Positions 49,101 to 58,606 are shown, counted from the stretch's first letter. The stretch is 64,000 nucleotides of DNA from an uncultured delta proteobacterium (GCA_963841435.1 CAWJCS010000003.1:448001-512000), one strand, 5' to 3'. Program-made: numbers and translations. The notes: generated by a model from the sequence alone, not told the origin.

Positions 49101-50062
49101 ACTGCCACGGCAGGGAGGCCGACTCGCGGAGCCCCCTCGCTTCGACGATCCTCGAGATCACGGGCGGCAAGACCCGCGTTGCAAACTTCGTCGCTGGCCT
49201 CTTGGGCCCCAAGAGCGCGCCGGGAGCGTTCGCCCGGGAGGAGTTCCTGGTCGACCTCGGCGCAACGCCCGAGGACTGGCTCACGCGCTACGTCCTTTAC
49301 ATGGGCCTCGGCGGTACGACGGCGCAGATCCCGCAGGTGGTGCTCAACCTGGTCGCAACGAGCCCGTTTTACGGCAACGCCGTGATCGCTCCCGGCGGCG
49401 ACAATCCGAACATGCTCGGGTCCGCTCAGAAGCAGTGCGCCGCGGTCTTGTCGGCGCCGCGAGGGCTACCCGACCGGTCCCCGCCGGCGCCCTGGCTGCT
49501 TCAGGCGGAGTTCGCCAAAGGCACCGCGCACTACGAGCTTTGGGAATCCCTGTGCGGGCACGACAATCTTCCGGTCGTGCACGTCTTCGAACATGGGACA
49601 GACAAATTCAGTCCGTGGGTATCGGGCTACGCCAACATCTTTCGTGCCGTGGACGACACGGGCGGCTGGATCTACCCGACGGACTGGCCCGTGGGCAATC
49701 AGCGCGGCAGCGTCGATACGGGGATCAACGCCAACAACGTACTTCCCTGGTGCATCCATCCCACCTCCGACGCAGAGCTCGATCTTATCACGGCTTGGGC
49801 CGCGGACGTCGGGCTGAGCCCCTCGACGGTACCGCTCTGTCCCTCCACGTTGTTCGCACAGGCTGCCGGACTGCCCGTTTACCACCTTGCCCTGGACTAC
49901 AACGGTCCTCTCAAGGATGTGCCCTTCGGTAACCAGGACTACTCGCGGCGCTTCCTCCTGGCAGGCGCCATGAACGCGGGCAAGGCCGCGCTCGAGCACC
50001 TCAAGGGTCTGACCCGCGGTGAGCTCGAACCGGCGCTCCCCTACGACTTCTGTGTTCAGTGA
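46193..50062 (+). CDS. Large multiheme c-type cytochrome lipoprotein containing an SO2930-like diheme module
   Basis: Lipobox-like SHAC; CGTEGCH, CQQCH, CAFCH, CQNCH; PLFSDNAGKMRY..KTF..ETRL..YAW pattern of SO2930-like proteins. Confidence 0.75.
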   Translation: MTRRGNASTRGARFPAALVWLFGIVLPASHACFAEPSTHDTPPVAEAGSGGTSGSSHAGSTTSGSGGNPGTNPPPFSDGGEDSGPPGPGAGGEPETIGFSCHKPSGEPLPARKSVTSNDAPATPTDETITVTKASLFAEFQNLTCGTEGCHGGGNDPNAQSPDAFTTTIASFDERPTLGTDALERILSPDLDVVMPPGSEDGSKRGPNDRYRRFGERLLAWQAAGFPDAFEVSATGDPIDTNLPTDPYVLAPRVATALTNIGSCVPSQPTSLTTAGDEMRAKDALFAAARTIDDLPDTIFETDLVSLDSSVLARRGVWSYAPTYPLFSDNAGKMRYVRVPVGESIRYDSDRRDFVIPDNTRFYKTFLKSVTDKAGNVGYRKMETRLIVVRQDEKLADGGYRQHALFASYAWDKDERMARRVTDPLRNGQPFADRLCPYVVDERVTRDPEKNPISPQISETCTYMTQAELADPGSGRIRHYAIPGTDRCQQCHMGSSSHSFILGFNPYQVDRRRDGEGGIYETPHDDELSQLSRLLDYGVVSGIEPGEVKLEESQGSRTPRNDYELKAQGYMMGNCAFCHIPHGYPVVQNPVLKGFELFPNPTTGGIFQFSLERYSPRAKGGAEQLVKIPYVSPAFGDLSFADTTNVSGATEKTFELSVAPVIDADSYPIDWDPVTFQFTLLGPWRSLIWRNTYTPFTYQEDGAIYVHMPRNAPGFDCRVQHIMAEWMLSIPTQPKPLGLLTRDYDQPVVEVTEENADDYNYKAAIYDAARRVKEYNQGVTGNWCPNDDDILDPRVVLTPIDAVTGKPKIVSPPDEGIGGPRIVPDYPDPGRLADNVPDHAHWVVTDITDPADRWTPRLPTWSKLIATREQAPPEALVGVVDELQKVHASDEFRDFAREPLPMGLWHEDCQSQPEVAAFPEVREVSLDEQGGALRRWLNGGVFEEDAGAPGTKKVHFQSRGEAVFRAICQNCHGREADSRSPLASTILEITGGKTRVANFVAGLLGPKSAPGAFAREEFLVDLGATPEDWLTRYVLYMGLGGTTAQIPQVVLNLVATSPFYGNAVIAPGGDNPNMLGSAQKQCAAVLSAPRGLPDRSPPAPWLLQAEFAKGTAHYELWESLCGHDNLPVVHVFEHGTDKFSPWVSGYANIFRAVDDTGGWIYPTDWPVGNQRGSVDTGINANNVLPWCIHPTSDAELDLITAWAADVGLSPSTVPLCPSTLFAQAAGLPVYHLALDYNGPLKDVPFGNQDYSRRFLLAGAMNAGKAALEHLKGLTRGELEPALPYDFCVQ

Positions 50063-50080
50063 CCGGCTCCTCTACTCGCC

Positions 50081-52915
50081 ATGCCTCACGCACCAAACCC
50101 CCTGTCCCGAAGCGCGCGCCTGCTGAGAACCCTTCTCTTGGCAGGCTCGGTCGCTGTCCTCGGCTACGGGTGCGGTGAATCCCCCACGCGACCGGAAAAC
50201 ACGAGTGGAGGCGGGAGCGGTGGCGGTGGAAGCGGCGGCCGCGGCGGGACCGCGGAAGCCGGGTCGTCCGACGAGCAAGCGGGGCATGCACAGGGTGGCG
50301 AAACCGCGGCATCGACCTGTGGCAACGGAGAGCGCGAGGGCGACGAAGAGTGCGACGACGGCAACCTCCAAGCGGGTGACGGCTGCGATTCGGCGTGTCG
50401 CGCCGAGTCGGGGGCGCCGGCGTGCGGCGACAGCCTCCGAGAGGGCAACGAGGAATGCGACGACGGCAACCTCCGGTCGGGTGACGGTTGCGACGACCAA
50501 TGCCAGAAGGAGCTTTGCGGCAATGGTCGCGTCGATTCCGGCGAAGAGTGTGATCCGCCGCAGTCGGGCAGCTGCACGGAGAATTGTTCGCTCGTTCGAG
50601 CCAACTGCGGCAACGCCCAAGTCGACGGCGACGAGGAATGCGACGACGGTAACGACGAGAAAGGCGACGGCTGTTTCGAGTGTCGCATGGAGTGTGGAGA
50701 CAAGCGCATCGACGCGTCCATCGGTGAGGAATGCGACTACGGTCTCTCCCCCGCGGTTTGTTCGGAGGACTGCAAGTGGTTGCCGGCGTGCGGCGATGGC
50801 GTGGTGCAAAGCGAGACGGGCGAGGAGTGCGATCCGAGCAACGGCGTGACTTGTGTGGCCTGCCACAAGGTCGCGCCTGATCCGCGGGGCTGCGGCGCTG
50901 GCGGCTCGCAGGGTGAGGGCGGCTGCGGGGGAGCGCCGACCGAATGCGTGCCCCAGGGGGCCGTGCAGTCCGTTCAAAACGGCAATTTCGATACGGACAC
51001 CACGAGCTGGGCACCCCACAGCACCATCATCACGCTCACGTCGGTGAGCGACGGTGACCCGGCGCCGAAGTCCGTCGACGTGGCGATCGCGCTCGGCGAC
51101 GTCCGCGCGGTTTCCGGCGCCTACCAATGTGTCCCCATCGGACCGAGCGCTCGGTTCGTGGTGGAGGGCCGCTATCGCGTACCGACCGACGCTCCGAGCG
51201 GCGTCGGTGCGAGCCTCACCCTGGCCCTCTACCAGGGGACACTCTGTGAAGGCACCTACCTCACCGCCGGTTCCGGTCCGCTCGGCACCGTGCGCGACGC
51301 TTGGACGCCGTATCAATACTCCATCGACGGTTCCGCGCTCGCGGGTGAGGGGCGGCTTTTGGTGCGATTGAACGTGCTCCGGCCGGGGGCTGTTTCGGGG
51401 AGCCACGTTCTCTGGGACAGCGTGGCACTCGCGGGCTCTCAGAGCGCCTGCGGCAATTGCATGCTCGACGCAAGCGAGGAGTGCGACGACGGCAACCAGG
51501 TCTCCGGGGACGGCTGCACCAGCGTCTGCACGCTCGAACGCTGCGGCGATGGAGCAAAGAGCCAGGGCGAGGAGTGCGACGACGGGAACGTCGCCTTCGG
51601 TGCGACCAACGACGATTGCACCCCGAGCTGTCGAACACCCACGGCATGCGACCTCTGCGCGCGGAGCAGCTGCACGAGCGAGACGCTCGACTGCCTCGGG
51701 CTCGAGGGCGACGCGAAGTCGGGGCCGGCACGCGGGGCGCCCCGCAGCGGGCTCTGCGATGCGCTCAGGACCTGCGTTCAGGACACGTCCTGCGACCGGG
51801 TGAGCCGCGACATCGGCGGGGTAAAGGGCGCCTTCCTCGAGGGCTGCTATTGCGGCACCGCTGGAGGGGACTGCTTCACCGAGCCAGGTCTTGCCAATGG
51901 GAGCTGCCGGCAGGAGGTCGAAGCCGCGCTCGAGACCACGGACCCGACGGTGCTCGTGGGACGGCTGAGCGGGGCGGACGCGCGGTATCCTTTGTTCCGG
52001 GCGCTGAACGATTTGCTTGCCTGCGAAGGCACCGGCTGCGGCAACACCTGTGTCCGCGATCCGGTCTGTGGCGACGGCACCCGGCAAGATCGGGACCTCA
52101 CCGTCCTTTTGTCGGTCGGGGGTCGGGACGTGCCCTGCCAAGACGACCTCACCGTGACCGGCAGAGGTTGCTCGTTCGAGGAATGCGACGACGGCAACAC
52201 GACGCCTGGCGACGGCTGCGACGAGCACTGCCTGCTCGAGCAGTGCGGCGACGGCATCGTCGGGAGCATCGAGCAATGCGACGACGGCAACACCAACGAC
52301 GACGACGGTTGCAGCAAGACCTGCCGGTGGGAGTTTACCTGCGGCGACAGCGTCACGGAATCCATCGAGCAGTGCGATCCGCCGGGTGGCGACCACGCGT
52401 GCACTCCCGCTGAGTACCAGAGTGACCCTTCCGCGTGCGGCTGCAGTGAGACATGCCAGCGCGCCGTGTGCGGAGACGGCAAAATCCAAAAGCCCATCGA
52501 AGAATGCGACCCTCCGGACGGGGTCAAATGCAGCGCTGACTGCAAGCGCCTCGACCAAGGGCCCTGCGAACGCTGCATCAGCGAAGTGGATGGCTTTCCG
52601 TACGATGAAGAGTGCGAAGCTGACCCGGCCTGTTTGGCGGTCGAGCGATGCGTCCTCGACGCCGGTTGCTACCTACCCGTCAGCGCCGCCTGCTACTGCG
52701 GGGTAGATACCTCGAGCAATTGCGAAGACCCCAAGTTCAAGCCGATTGGGCCGTGCCACGAGCTCATCGCGACGGCGGCAGGGCCTCCCGGCCTCGAAAA
52801 CTCGCAAGTGCTGTTCGCGATGGGTGACCTCTTCAACCCCGCTGGCCTGGCCTTCTTGGTCGTCAGCGTTGGAGCCGATGATTGTCACGACGAGTGCTTC
52901 GGGACATCGCCCTGA
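50081..52915 (+). CDS. Lipoprotein with many DUF4215 (myxobacterial Cys-rich) repeats, a CBM-like domain and two CYCG domains
   Basis: Lipobox LGYGC; repeated CGNG..EECDDGN..GDGC. Confidence 0.85.
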   Translation: MPHAPNPLSRSARLLRTLLLAGSVAVLGYGCGESPTRPENTSGGGSGGGGSGGRGGTAEAGSSDEQAGHAQGGETAASTCGNGEREGDEECDDGNLQAGDGCDSACRAESGAPACGDSLREGNEECDDGNLRSGDGCDDQCQKELCGNGRVDSGEECDPPQSGSCTENCSLVRANCGNAQVDGDEECDDGNDEKGDGCFECRMECGDKRIDASIGEECDYGLSPAVCSEDCKWLPACGDGVVQSETGEECDPSNGVTCVACHKVAPDPRGCGAGGSQGEGGCGGAPTECVPQGAVQSVQNGNFDTDTTSWAPHSTIITLTSVSDGDPAPKSVDVAIALGDVRAVSGAYQCVPIGPSARFVVEGRYRVPTDAPSGVGASLTLALYQGTLCEGTYLTAGSGPLGTVRDAWTPYQYSIDGSALAGEGRLLVRLNVLRPGAVSGSHVLWDSVALAGSQSACGNCMLDASEECDDGNQVSGDGCTSVCTLERCGDGAKSQGEECDDGNVAFGATNDDCTPSCRTPTACDLCARSSCTSETLDCLGLEGDAKSGPARGAPRSGLCDALRTCVQDTSCDRVSRDIGGVKGAFLEGCYCGTAGGDCFTEPGLANGSCRQEVEAALETTDPTVLVGRLSGADARYPLFRALNDLLACEGTGCGNTCVRDPVCGDGTRQDRDLTVLLSVGGRDVPCQDDLTVTGRGCSFEECDDGNTTPGDGCDEHCLLEQCGDGIVGSIEQCDDGNTNDDDGCSKTCRWEFTCGDSVTESIEQCDPPGGDHACTPAEYQSDPSACGCSETCQRAVCGDGKIQKPIEECDPPDGVKCSADCKRLDQGPCERCISEVDGFPYDEECEADPACLAVERCVLDAGCYLPVSAACYCGVDTSSNCEDPKFKPIGPCHELIATAAGPPGLENSQVLFAMGDLFNPAGLAFLVVSVGADDCHDECFGTSP

Positions 52916-53006
52916 GCCAGCGGAGAAATCCGAGGAGCTACCCACCATGCCCCAGTTTCATCCCTTCCGTCAGGTCGTCACACGTTGACGAGCCAGGGGC
53001 CGCCAC

Positions 53007-54071
53007 GTGGCTCGGCTCGTAGGCCTCACGACGATCGTTTGGTGGGCCTCGATCGCCACTGCTGGCAGCGACCTCTCGACCGTCTTCAAGGTCAACGAGG
53101 AAGACCCCGCCGGGCACATTCCGACCATCGAGCAGCGCAACGCCAATCCGCTGCAGTTCGGATACTACCTTCAGGATCTGTACACGCGGGGCCAGCTAGC
53201 CCTCGAGAAGAAGGATTACGCAAAGGCGGTCAAATACTTCGAGACGCTGACGAAGATCTTGCCTGATCGCGCGCTCTCGTTCGGCGCCTTGTGCCAGAGC
53301 TATCAGCATCTCGGCAAGCTGGACCTCGCCGCAGCCAGTTGCGCCCGGGCGATCAGCCTCGAGGGCGCGACGCTCGTGGACCATCTCAGATTTTTGGACG
53401 TGACCTTGAGCGGCAAGGCGCCGACGAAGGAGGTGGTTGCGGACCTCGACGCGAGCATTGCTCACGTGCGAGAGCACCTCGCGGCTCAGCCGAAAGACGG
53501 GCCGCTGCCGCCGGAGTCCACGCGGCCTTCGCACCCACCCGACTACCAGCCCACCTCCGAGGAAGTCGCTGCGGACGTAGCTGCCGCCAGAGAGGCGCAC
53601 CGGATTCGGAAGGCGGAGATCGCGAGGCGCGATCAGCGAAGTTCCTTCCTGGTCGAGTTCGAGATCACCGTGTGCCGGCTGGCGCAGCGGCTACGGGATG
53701 GGAAGCGGCTCGGCGAATGCGTGGAACGCTTACGGGGCCAGAACGTCAACGAACCGATAGTGCTGACGTATGAGTGGTCGAAAGCCGTCGTCCAGGGCGA
53801 CGTCGCGGGCGCTTCGACTCTGCTCACCAAGGCCAAGAAGCTCGGGATCCCAGCTGCGACGCTGGACGCCATGGCAGACGAACAGGCGAAGGCGTTCGCC
53901 CCGAAGGGATTCCGAGGATTCGTTCGGCGCTGGGGTTTGCCGCTGTTCGCCGTGGTTACCGGCCTTGTGCTCGCGCTGCGATGGTTCGTTCGGCGCCGGG
54001 CCAGGCTCGGCAAGCCGGCGCTCGCCACACCGAGCCTTCCGGCGGACTCGACTGAGTCCGCGGAAGCGTAG
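53007..54071 (+). CDS. Exported TPR protein with C-terminal TM anchor
   Basis: Signal-like N-terminus; TPR helices (YAKAVKYF, ALCQSY.HLG); C-terminal TM followed by RRRAR. Confidence 0.7.
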   Translation: MARLVGLTTIVWWASIATAGSDLSTVFKVNEEDPAGHIPTIEQRNANPLQFGYYLQDLYTRGQLALEKKDYAKAVKYFETLTKILPDRALSFGALCQSYQHLGKLDLAAASCARAISLEGATLVDHLRFLDVTLSGKAPTKEVVADLDASIAHVREHLAAQPKDGPLPPESTRPSHPPDYQPTSEEVAADVAAAREAHRIRKAEIARRDQRSSFLVEFEITVCRLAQRLRDGKRLGECVERLRGQNVNEPIVLTYEWSKAVVQGDVAGASTLLTKAKKLGIPAATLDAMADEQAKAFAPKGFRGFVRRWGLPLFAVVTGLVLALRWFVRRRARLGKPALATPSLPADSTESAEA

Positions 54072-54081
54072 CGCCCGAGCA

Positions 54082-54115
54082 TTCCGAATTTCGGAGAGCA
54101 TTCCGGAATTCGGAA
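54082..54115. promoter_or_regulatory. Tandem palindromes TTCCG-N5-CGGA(G/A)
   Basis: TTCCGaatttCGGAG at 54082 and TTCCGgaattCGGAA at 54101. Confidence 0.65.
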
Positions 54116-54362
54116 GAGTGATACTCATTCGCTCGACGCGCGCATCGGGTTCCAACGCGAGCGTCTGCGTGATCGCGAATCGAGCCGCAAATGACCTTGA
54201 TTTCGCGGTGACCATTGTGAACACACACGGGCGCAAACGCCCCGACATTGTCACCCCCTGAAACGTACCCGTGTTGTAGCGTCCGGCCGCCGCTCGGAGT
54301 TCACCTTGCAACGTGACTCGGCGTAGTGGCCTCTGACAACGGGTTAACGAAAGGGAGCTCAT

Positions 54363-55863
54363 ATGAAGATGCATAGGGTAGGCGCCTTCGCCGCGATACT
54401 TGCGGCTGGCGCATTCTTTGGCTGTTCTCAGGACAAGGGCGCGATCCCGGGTGACGACACCGCGACGGTGTCATTCCAGGTCAAGGGCACCGGTCCAAAC
54501 GGCGAGATCGTTCAGATTGACTCGGTCAACTACGACCTGAACACCGGCGGAGGTGCGGACGTTCCTCGCGGGCAGCCTCAGTGTCCCGAACGACACCGAC
54601 GTGGTCTCCCTCAACATCCAGAGCTTGCACGCCGGCGACTACGCCTTGGCGTTTTCGGCAACGGGCATGTACATGGGGAACGCCGTTCCCTGCGTGAGCA
54701 ACCCGGTTAGCTTCACGATCGTTGCAGGGCAGACGCTGACGCTGCCGGCGGTCACGCTGCTCTGCACCATCCAAGGCGGCCAGACCGACGACACGGGCGG
54801 CTTCAACGCGAGCGTCAGTGTCCAGGTCGAGACCATCACGGTGGCGAACATCGTAGAGACGTTCATCTACGCTCCGTCCACGTCCAATGGCCACCTGGTC
54901 GGCGGTGCTTGCGTGTACCAGCCGATCTCACTGCAGATCGCCAACACCGACCCCTCGATCAGCTACAGCTGGTCGGCGACGCCCGATGGATCGTTCACGG
55001 GTACGGCTCTCAACGGCACGTACGTGTGTGCCTCCGGCGGCTCGAAGAGCCTGACGCTCACCGCCACCATGGGCTCGACGACGTTGACGAAGAGCATCAC
55101 GGTCACCTGCGACGACACCGCCTGCGGCTACGTCTGCGGCAACGGTACCGTCGAGCCGGGTGAGCAGTGCGACGAAGTCAGCCAGCGCTGCGCGAACTGT
55201 CAGATCGTTCCGACCTGCGGCGACGGCGTCGTTGACGCTCCGGAACAGTGCGACAGCATCAGCCCGCCGCTGCCGACGAGCACCTGTGACATCAACTGCC
55301 ACACGATCAGCCAGGCTGTCTGCGGCAACGGAGTCAAGGAAGGCACCGAGCAGTGCGACAACGGTACCGCGAACAGCGACACGGCGGCGGACGCTTGCCG
55401 CACGAACTGCACGAACGCCACCTGCGGCGACGGCGTGGTCGACACCGGTGAACAGTGCGACGGTGGCTCCGCCTGCGACGCCAACTGCCAGACGGTCGTG
55501 ACCGCGAAGTGGCCGGCCTGCCTCACCTGCCTCAACCAGGACATCGACACGTCGTACCTGCAGAGTGCGTACTGCACCTCGCAGGCGTGCGTGGACATCG
55601 AGGCGTGCGTGGTCAACTCGGGTTGCTATCTGCCGGTCTCCGCCGCGTGCTACTGCGGTCCCGACACGAGTGCTAACTGCGAGGATCCGAACTTCGTGCC
55701 GACCGGCGCTTGTGCGGGTCTCATCCGCGCGGCAACCGGCAACCTCACGAACGCGGAAACCCTCACGGCCGCGCAAGACTTCTCCAACGCGTCCGGTCAA
55801 GCGCTCCTGGTGCTGAGCGAAGCGTCACAGCCCACGAACACTTGCGTCAGCACCTGCTTCTGA
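54363..55863 (+). CDS. Lipoprotein with Ig/PKD-like region, DUF4215-like repeats and C-terminal CYCG domain; frameshift near 54564
   Basis: RBS, lipobox FFGC; ORFs 54363..54710 and 54553..55863 join as GGGADVLAGSLSVP if one C is removed. Confidence 0.75.
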
Positions 55864-55918
55864 GAGGCAGTCGCTCTACTCTCGCAGTAGGGCTGCGCTG
55901 AAGAAGTGAAGCGTCGTC

Positions 55919-55945
55919 CTGGCTCCCCCACGATGGGGGAGCCGG
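55919..55945 (+). terminator. GC-rich hairpin (terminator or mRNA stabiliser)
   Basis: GGCTCCCCCA-CGA-TGGGGGAGCC; no U-tract. Confidence 0.5.
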
Positions 55946-56101
55946 GGCGTCGCGCCAACGTTCAAAACGGCGCTCCGTGCACTCGCCAGGCACAGCGCGT
56001 GTTCGCCCTGCGGCACGCGCGAGGGCGGAGCCGCACCAAGACAACGACACAATCGGTCTTCCCAGCCAATAGATAACCCGCTGTTATCTAAGGAGTTTTT
56101 C

Positions 56102-58495
56102 GTGAAATACCTCAATCCCCTTCGGACGGGCGCGCTGCTCGGATTCGGATTGCTCGTCGGAGCAACCGAGGCGGCCGCGGACCCCTCCGTCCAGCTCACC
56201 ACCGCTCAGAATCAAACCTCCAGCCTCGGCGACCTCATCGGCTCCGACACGCTCGAGGACATCGCGCGAGACGTCATCGCGAACGCCCCGGCCATCTCGG
56301 CAGACAACGCCGCACAGGGTGGCATCGGCATCATCGGCTACCTCGGCCTCGGTTCTTCCGCCGGCCAGCGGCAGCTGATTGGCGCGCCCAGCACGGGCGA
56401 GCCGACCTGCACCACCACCGCGGGCACCGTCAACGGCGATACCAACTGGGGCTGCGAAGAAGTGGCGCCCATGTCTCGCCAGTTCAACAGCGCCATCTGC
56501 AGCCACGACGCCGACGACCCGCGCGACGCGGACGACTCGACGACGGTGAACAGCACCGCGGAAGGCATCTCCGTCGGCCTGGACGGCCTATCGGTGATCG
56601 CGGACAACGCGGGCCACCGTCAGTACGCCACGGGCACGTGCGTTACGCCCGACACCTCGACCCCCGAGAGCACGGTTTTTGGCCCGAGCAGCGACAACAG
56701 CGCCGGGATCCCGGGTGCCAACGGCTACGGCGGCACCGGCACGCTGCGCAACTCGGGCAATATCGGCGCCTACCAACTCGGCGGCGGCGCCCTCGCTGGT
56801 GACGGTTGGAAGGACGTTCTGCGGCTCATCTACACGGGCTGCAGGAACGACCAGGGCACCTGCGCGGCCACGATCACGCGCTTCGATCGGTGCAGCCCGA
56901 CCGTGAACACGGTGCGCCGTGACCTGGTCAACAGCTACGCCAACATCTTCGAAGGTACGGACTGCCCCGAAGCCAACCATTGCACGCAGCTTCGCGCGGC
57001 CTACCGCCGTGACGACGCGTCGGGCACGACGGGCTTCATCCTCGACACGCTCGGCCTTCGCAGCGGCGGCAGCGACCTCGCCGCGCGAACCCGCGTCTCC
57101 AATCCCGGCGGCGCCGGTACGAACGGGTTCCAGACCGTGCCGGAGAACATCTTCTGCGACGGCGGGCAATACGAGGGCCTGTGGCCCGTGCCTTACACGA
57201 CGGGCACGGTTCCGGTCCTCACTGCTGTCGCCGCCGGAGAAACGTACATCGGCGATCCGCTCCAGCGCGCCTGCGCACCGGAGGACGACCTCTGCGGTCC
57301 CACCGGTACCATCGGCCTCGTCCGACCGATCCGCAGCCCGCGAGACTTTGCCTACCCGGCGGTCCAGTGCACCCGCAACGCCTTCGATCGCAAGCCCTGG
57401 CCGAACACGGGTACGGTTCCGACCTGCCCCGACGGCACGGCTCCGACGCTGCGCGGCTGCTATGCCCCGTACTACAACGCGGGCGGCGGCAGCCAGAACT
57501 TCGACTGCATGAACCCGGCCAACAGCCGCAACTCGCAGAGCCCGACCGCGCTCGACGGTCGCGTGTTCAACTTCATCTGGAGGCTTCCGAACGGCGACTT
57601 GTCGAACATCAACCACCAGCAGGCAAACAGCGTGAATCTGCCTGAGATTGCCCAGTGGCGCCAGAACATGGCGACGGTCAATCCCGGCGCAACGGCGGTG
57701 GCCGGCGGTGCGTTCGGCTCGACCACGCCGCTCAGCACGCAGTCGTACCTCCCGTCGGGCTCGCTCAGCGCGAGCTTCAACAAGACCTACGCTGGCGGCG
57801 TCGTTTGCCAGCAGGGTTCTGCGACGGACGTGATCGGTTGCGCGGTGGCCAACACGCGCTGTGTCATCGGCTACAGCGGTCGCGAGACGGGCACGAACCA
57901 GCCGCAGGACGATGGCAACGAGTTCATCCGGCTCGGTGGCTTCGTCCCGTCGAACGAAGACGTCATCGCCGGCAACTACCCGATCACTCGCTCGCTGTTC
58001 GTCAACGCGATTGGCGGCTTCGAGAGCGTCTTCGAGGATTGCCTCGCGCGTCAGTCCAACCCGAGCGACCCGACTTGGGAGTATTGTCAGGACGAGCTCG
58101 AGTTCGCCAGGCGCTTCTACATCATGAACTCGGCCACGCAGGCCTCGGTCTCCAAGTTCGGGTTCATCCCGATCGCGGCAAACTCGGCGGCACTCTGCGC
58201 CGGCTCCACGAACATCGCTCAGTGCGTGGCCAACATGGACAAGCGCTGGGCGGCCCGCTGCGTCGGTGCCACGAGCGGCCAGCCCGGTACGTCGGTGGCC
58301 GGCTGCGGTCGCCTCAACACCACCACTGAGACGCTCAGCAGTGGTATCCAGCTACCGCACCAGGACATCGAGCGTTGCGATCCGGACCACGTTACGTGGG
58401 GTACTCCGGAGGGACCCGCCGCGGGTCTGAGCTGCGAGGCTTCGGTGAGCACCTCGTCCGGTCCTGCGATCGGCGCGAACAACACCTGCGGCTGA
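56102..58495 (+). CDS. Secreted Cys-rich PstS-family (phosphate-binding-like) protein, 797 aa
   Basis: RBS AAGGAG; signal peptide; GSDTL, PMSRQ, VGLDGLSV, RRDDASGTT, IGYSG, NYPITRSLFV; about 28 Cys in insertions. Confidence 0.7.
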   Translation: MKYLNPLRTGALLGFGLLVGATEAAADPSVQLTTAQNQTSSLGDLIGSDTLEDIARDVIANAPAISADNAAQGGIGIIGYLGLGSSAGQRQLIGAPSTGEPTCTTTAGTVNGDTNWGCEEVAPMSRQFNSAICSHDADDPRDADDSTTVNSTAEGISVGLDGLSVIADNAGHRQYATGTCVTPDTSTPESTVFGPSSDNSAGIPGANGYGGTGTLRNSGNIGAYQLGGGALAGDGWKDVLRLIYTGCRNDQGTCAATITRFDRCSPTVNTVRRDLVNSYANIFEGTDCPEANHCTQLRAAYRRDDASGTTGFILDTLGLRSGGSDLAARTRVSNPGGAGTNGFQTVPENIFCDGGQYEGLWPVPYTTGTVPVLTAVAAGETYIGDPLQRACAPEDDLCGPTGTIGLVRPIRSPRDFAYPAVQCTRNAFDRKPWPNTGTVPTCPDGTAPTLRGCYAPYYNAGGGSQNFDCMNPANSRNSQSPTALDGRVFNFIWRLPNGDLSNINHQQANSVNLPEIAQWRQNMATVNPGATAVAGGAFGSTTPLSTQSYLPSGSLSASFNKTYAGGVVCQQGSATDVIGCAVANTRCVIGYSGRETGTNQPQDDGNEFIRLGGFVPSNEDVIAGNYPITRSLFVNAIGGFESVFEDCLARQSNPSDPTWEYCQDELEFARRFYIMNSATQASVSKFGFIPIAANSAALCAGSTNIAQCVANMDKRWAARCVGATSGQPGTSVAGCGRLNTTTETLSSGIQLPHQDIERCDPDHVTWGTPEGPAAGLSCEASVSTSSGPAIGANNTCG

Positions 58496-58566
58496 GCGCA
58501 GGAGCGCCGTCGTGTCGGGCCCGGACTCGGTTCGGGCTTAGCCTCGGCACCTCGGCCTAACGTCGA

Positions 58567-58606
58567 ACCAAGGCCGGAGTGGCAACGCTCCGGCCTTGGT
58601 CTTTTT
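58567..58606 (+). terminator. Rho-independent terminator
   Basis: ACCAAGGCCGGAG..GCAA..CTCCGGCCTTGGT followed by CTTTTT. Confidence 0.85.

Noticed and set aside
50852-50866. CVACH as a heme-binding motif in the DUF4215 protein
   Set aside because: It falls at the CxxC position of a disulfide-rich repeat, so it is probably coincidental
37200-54570. Programmed ribosomal frameshifting at the broken genes
   Set aside because: No slippery heptamers or stimulatory structures recognised; sequencing error is more parsimonious
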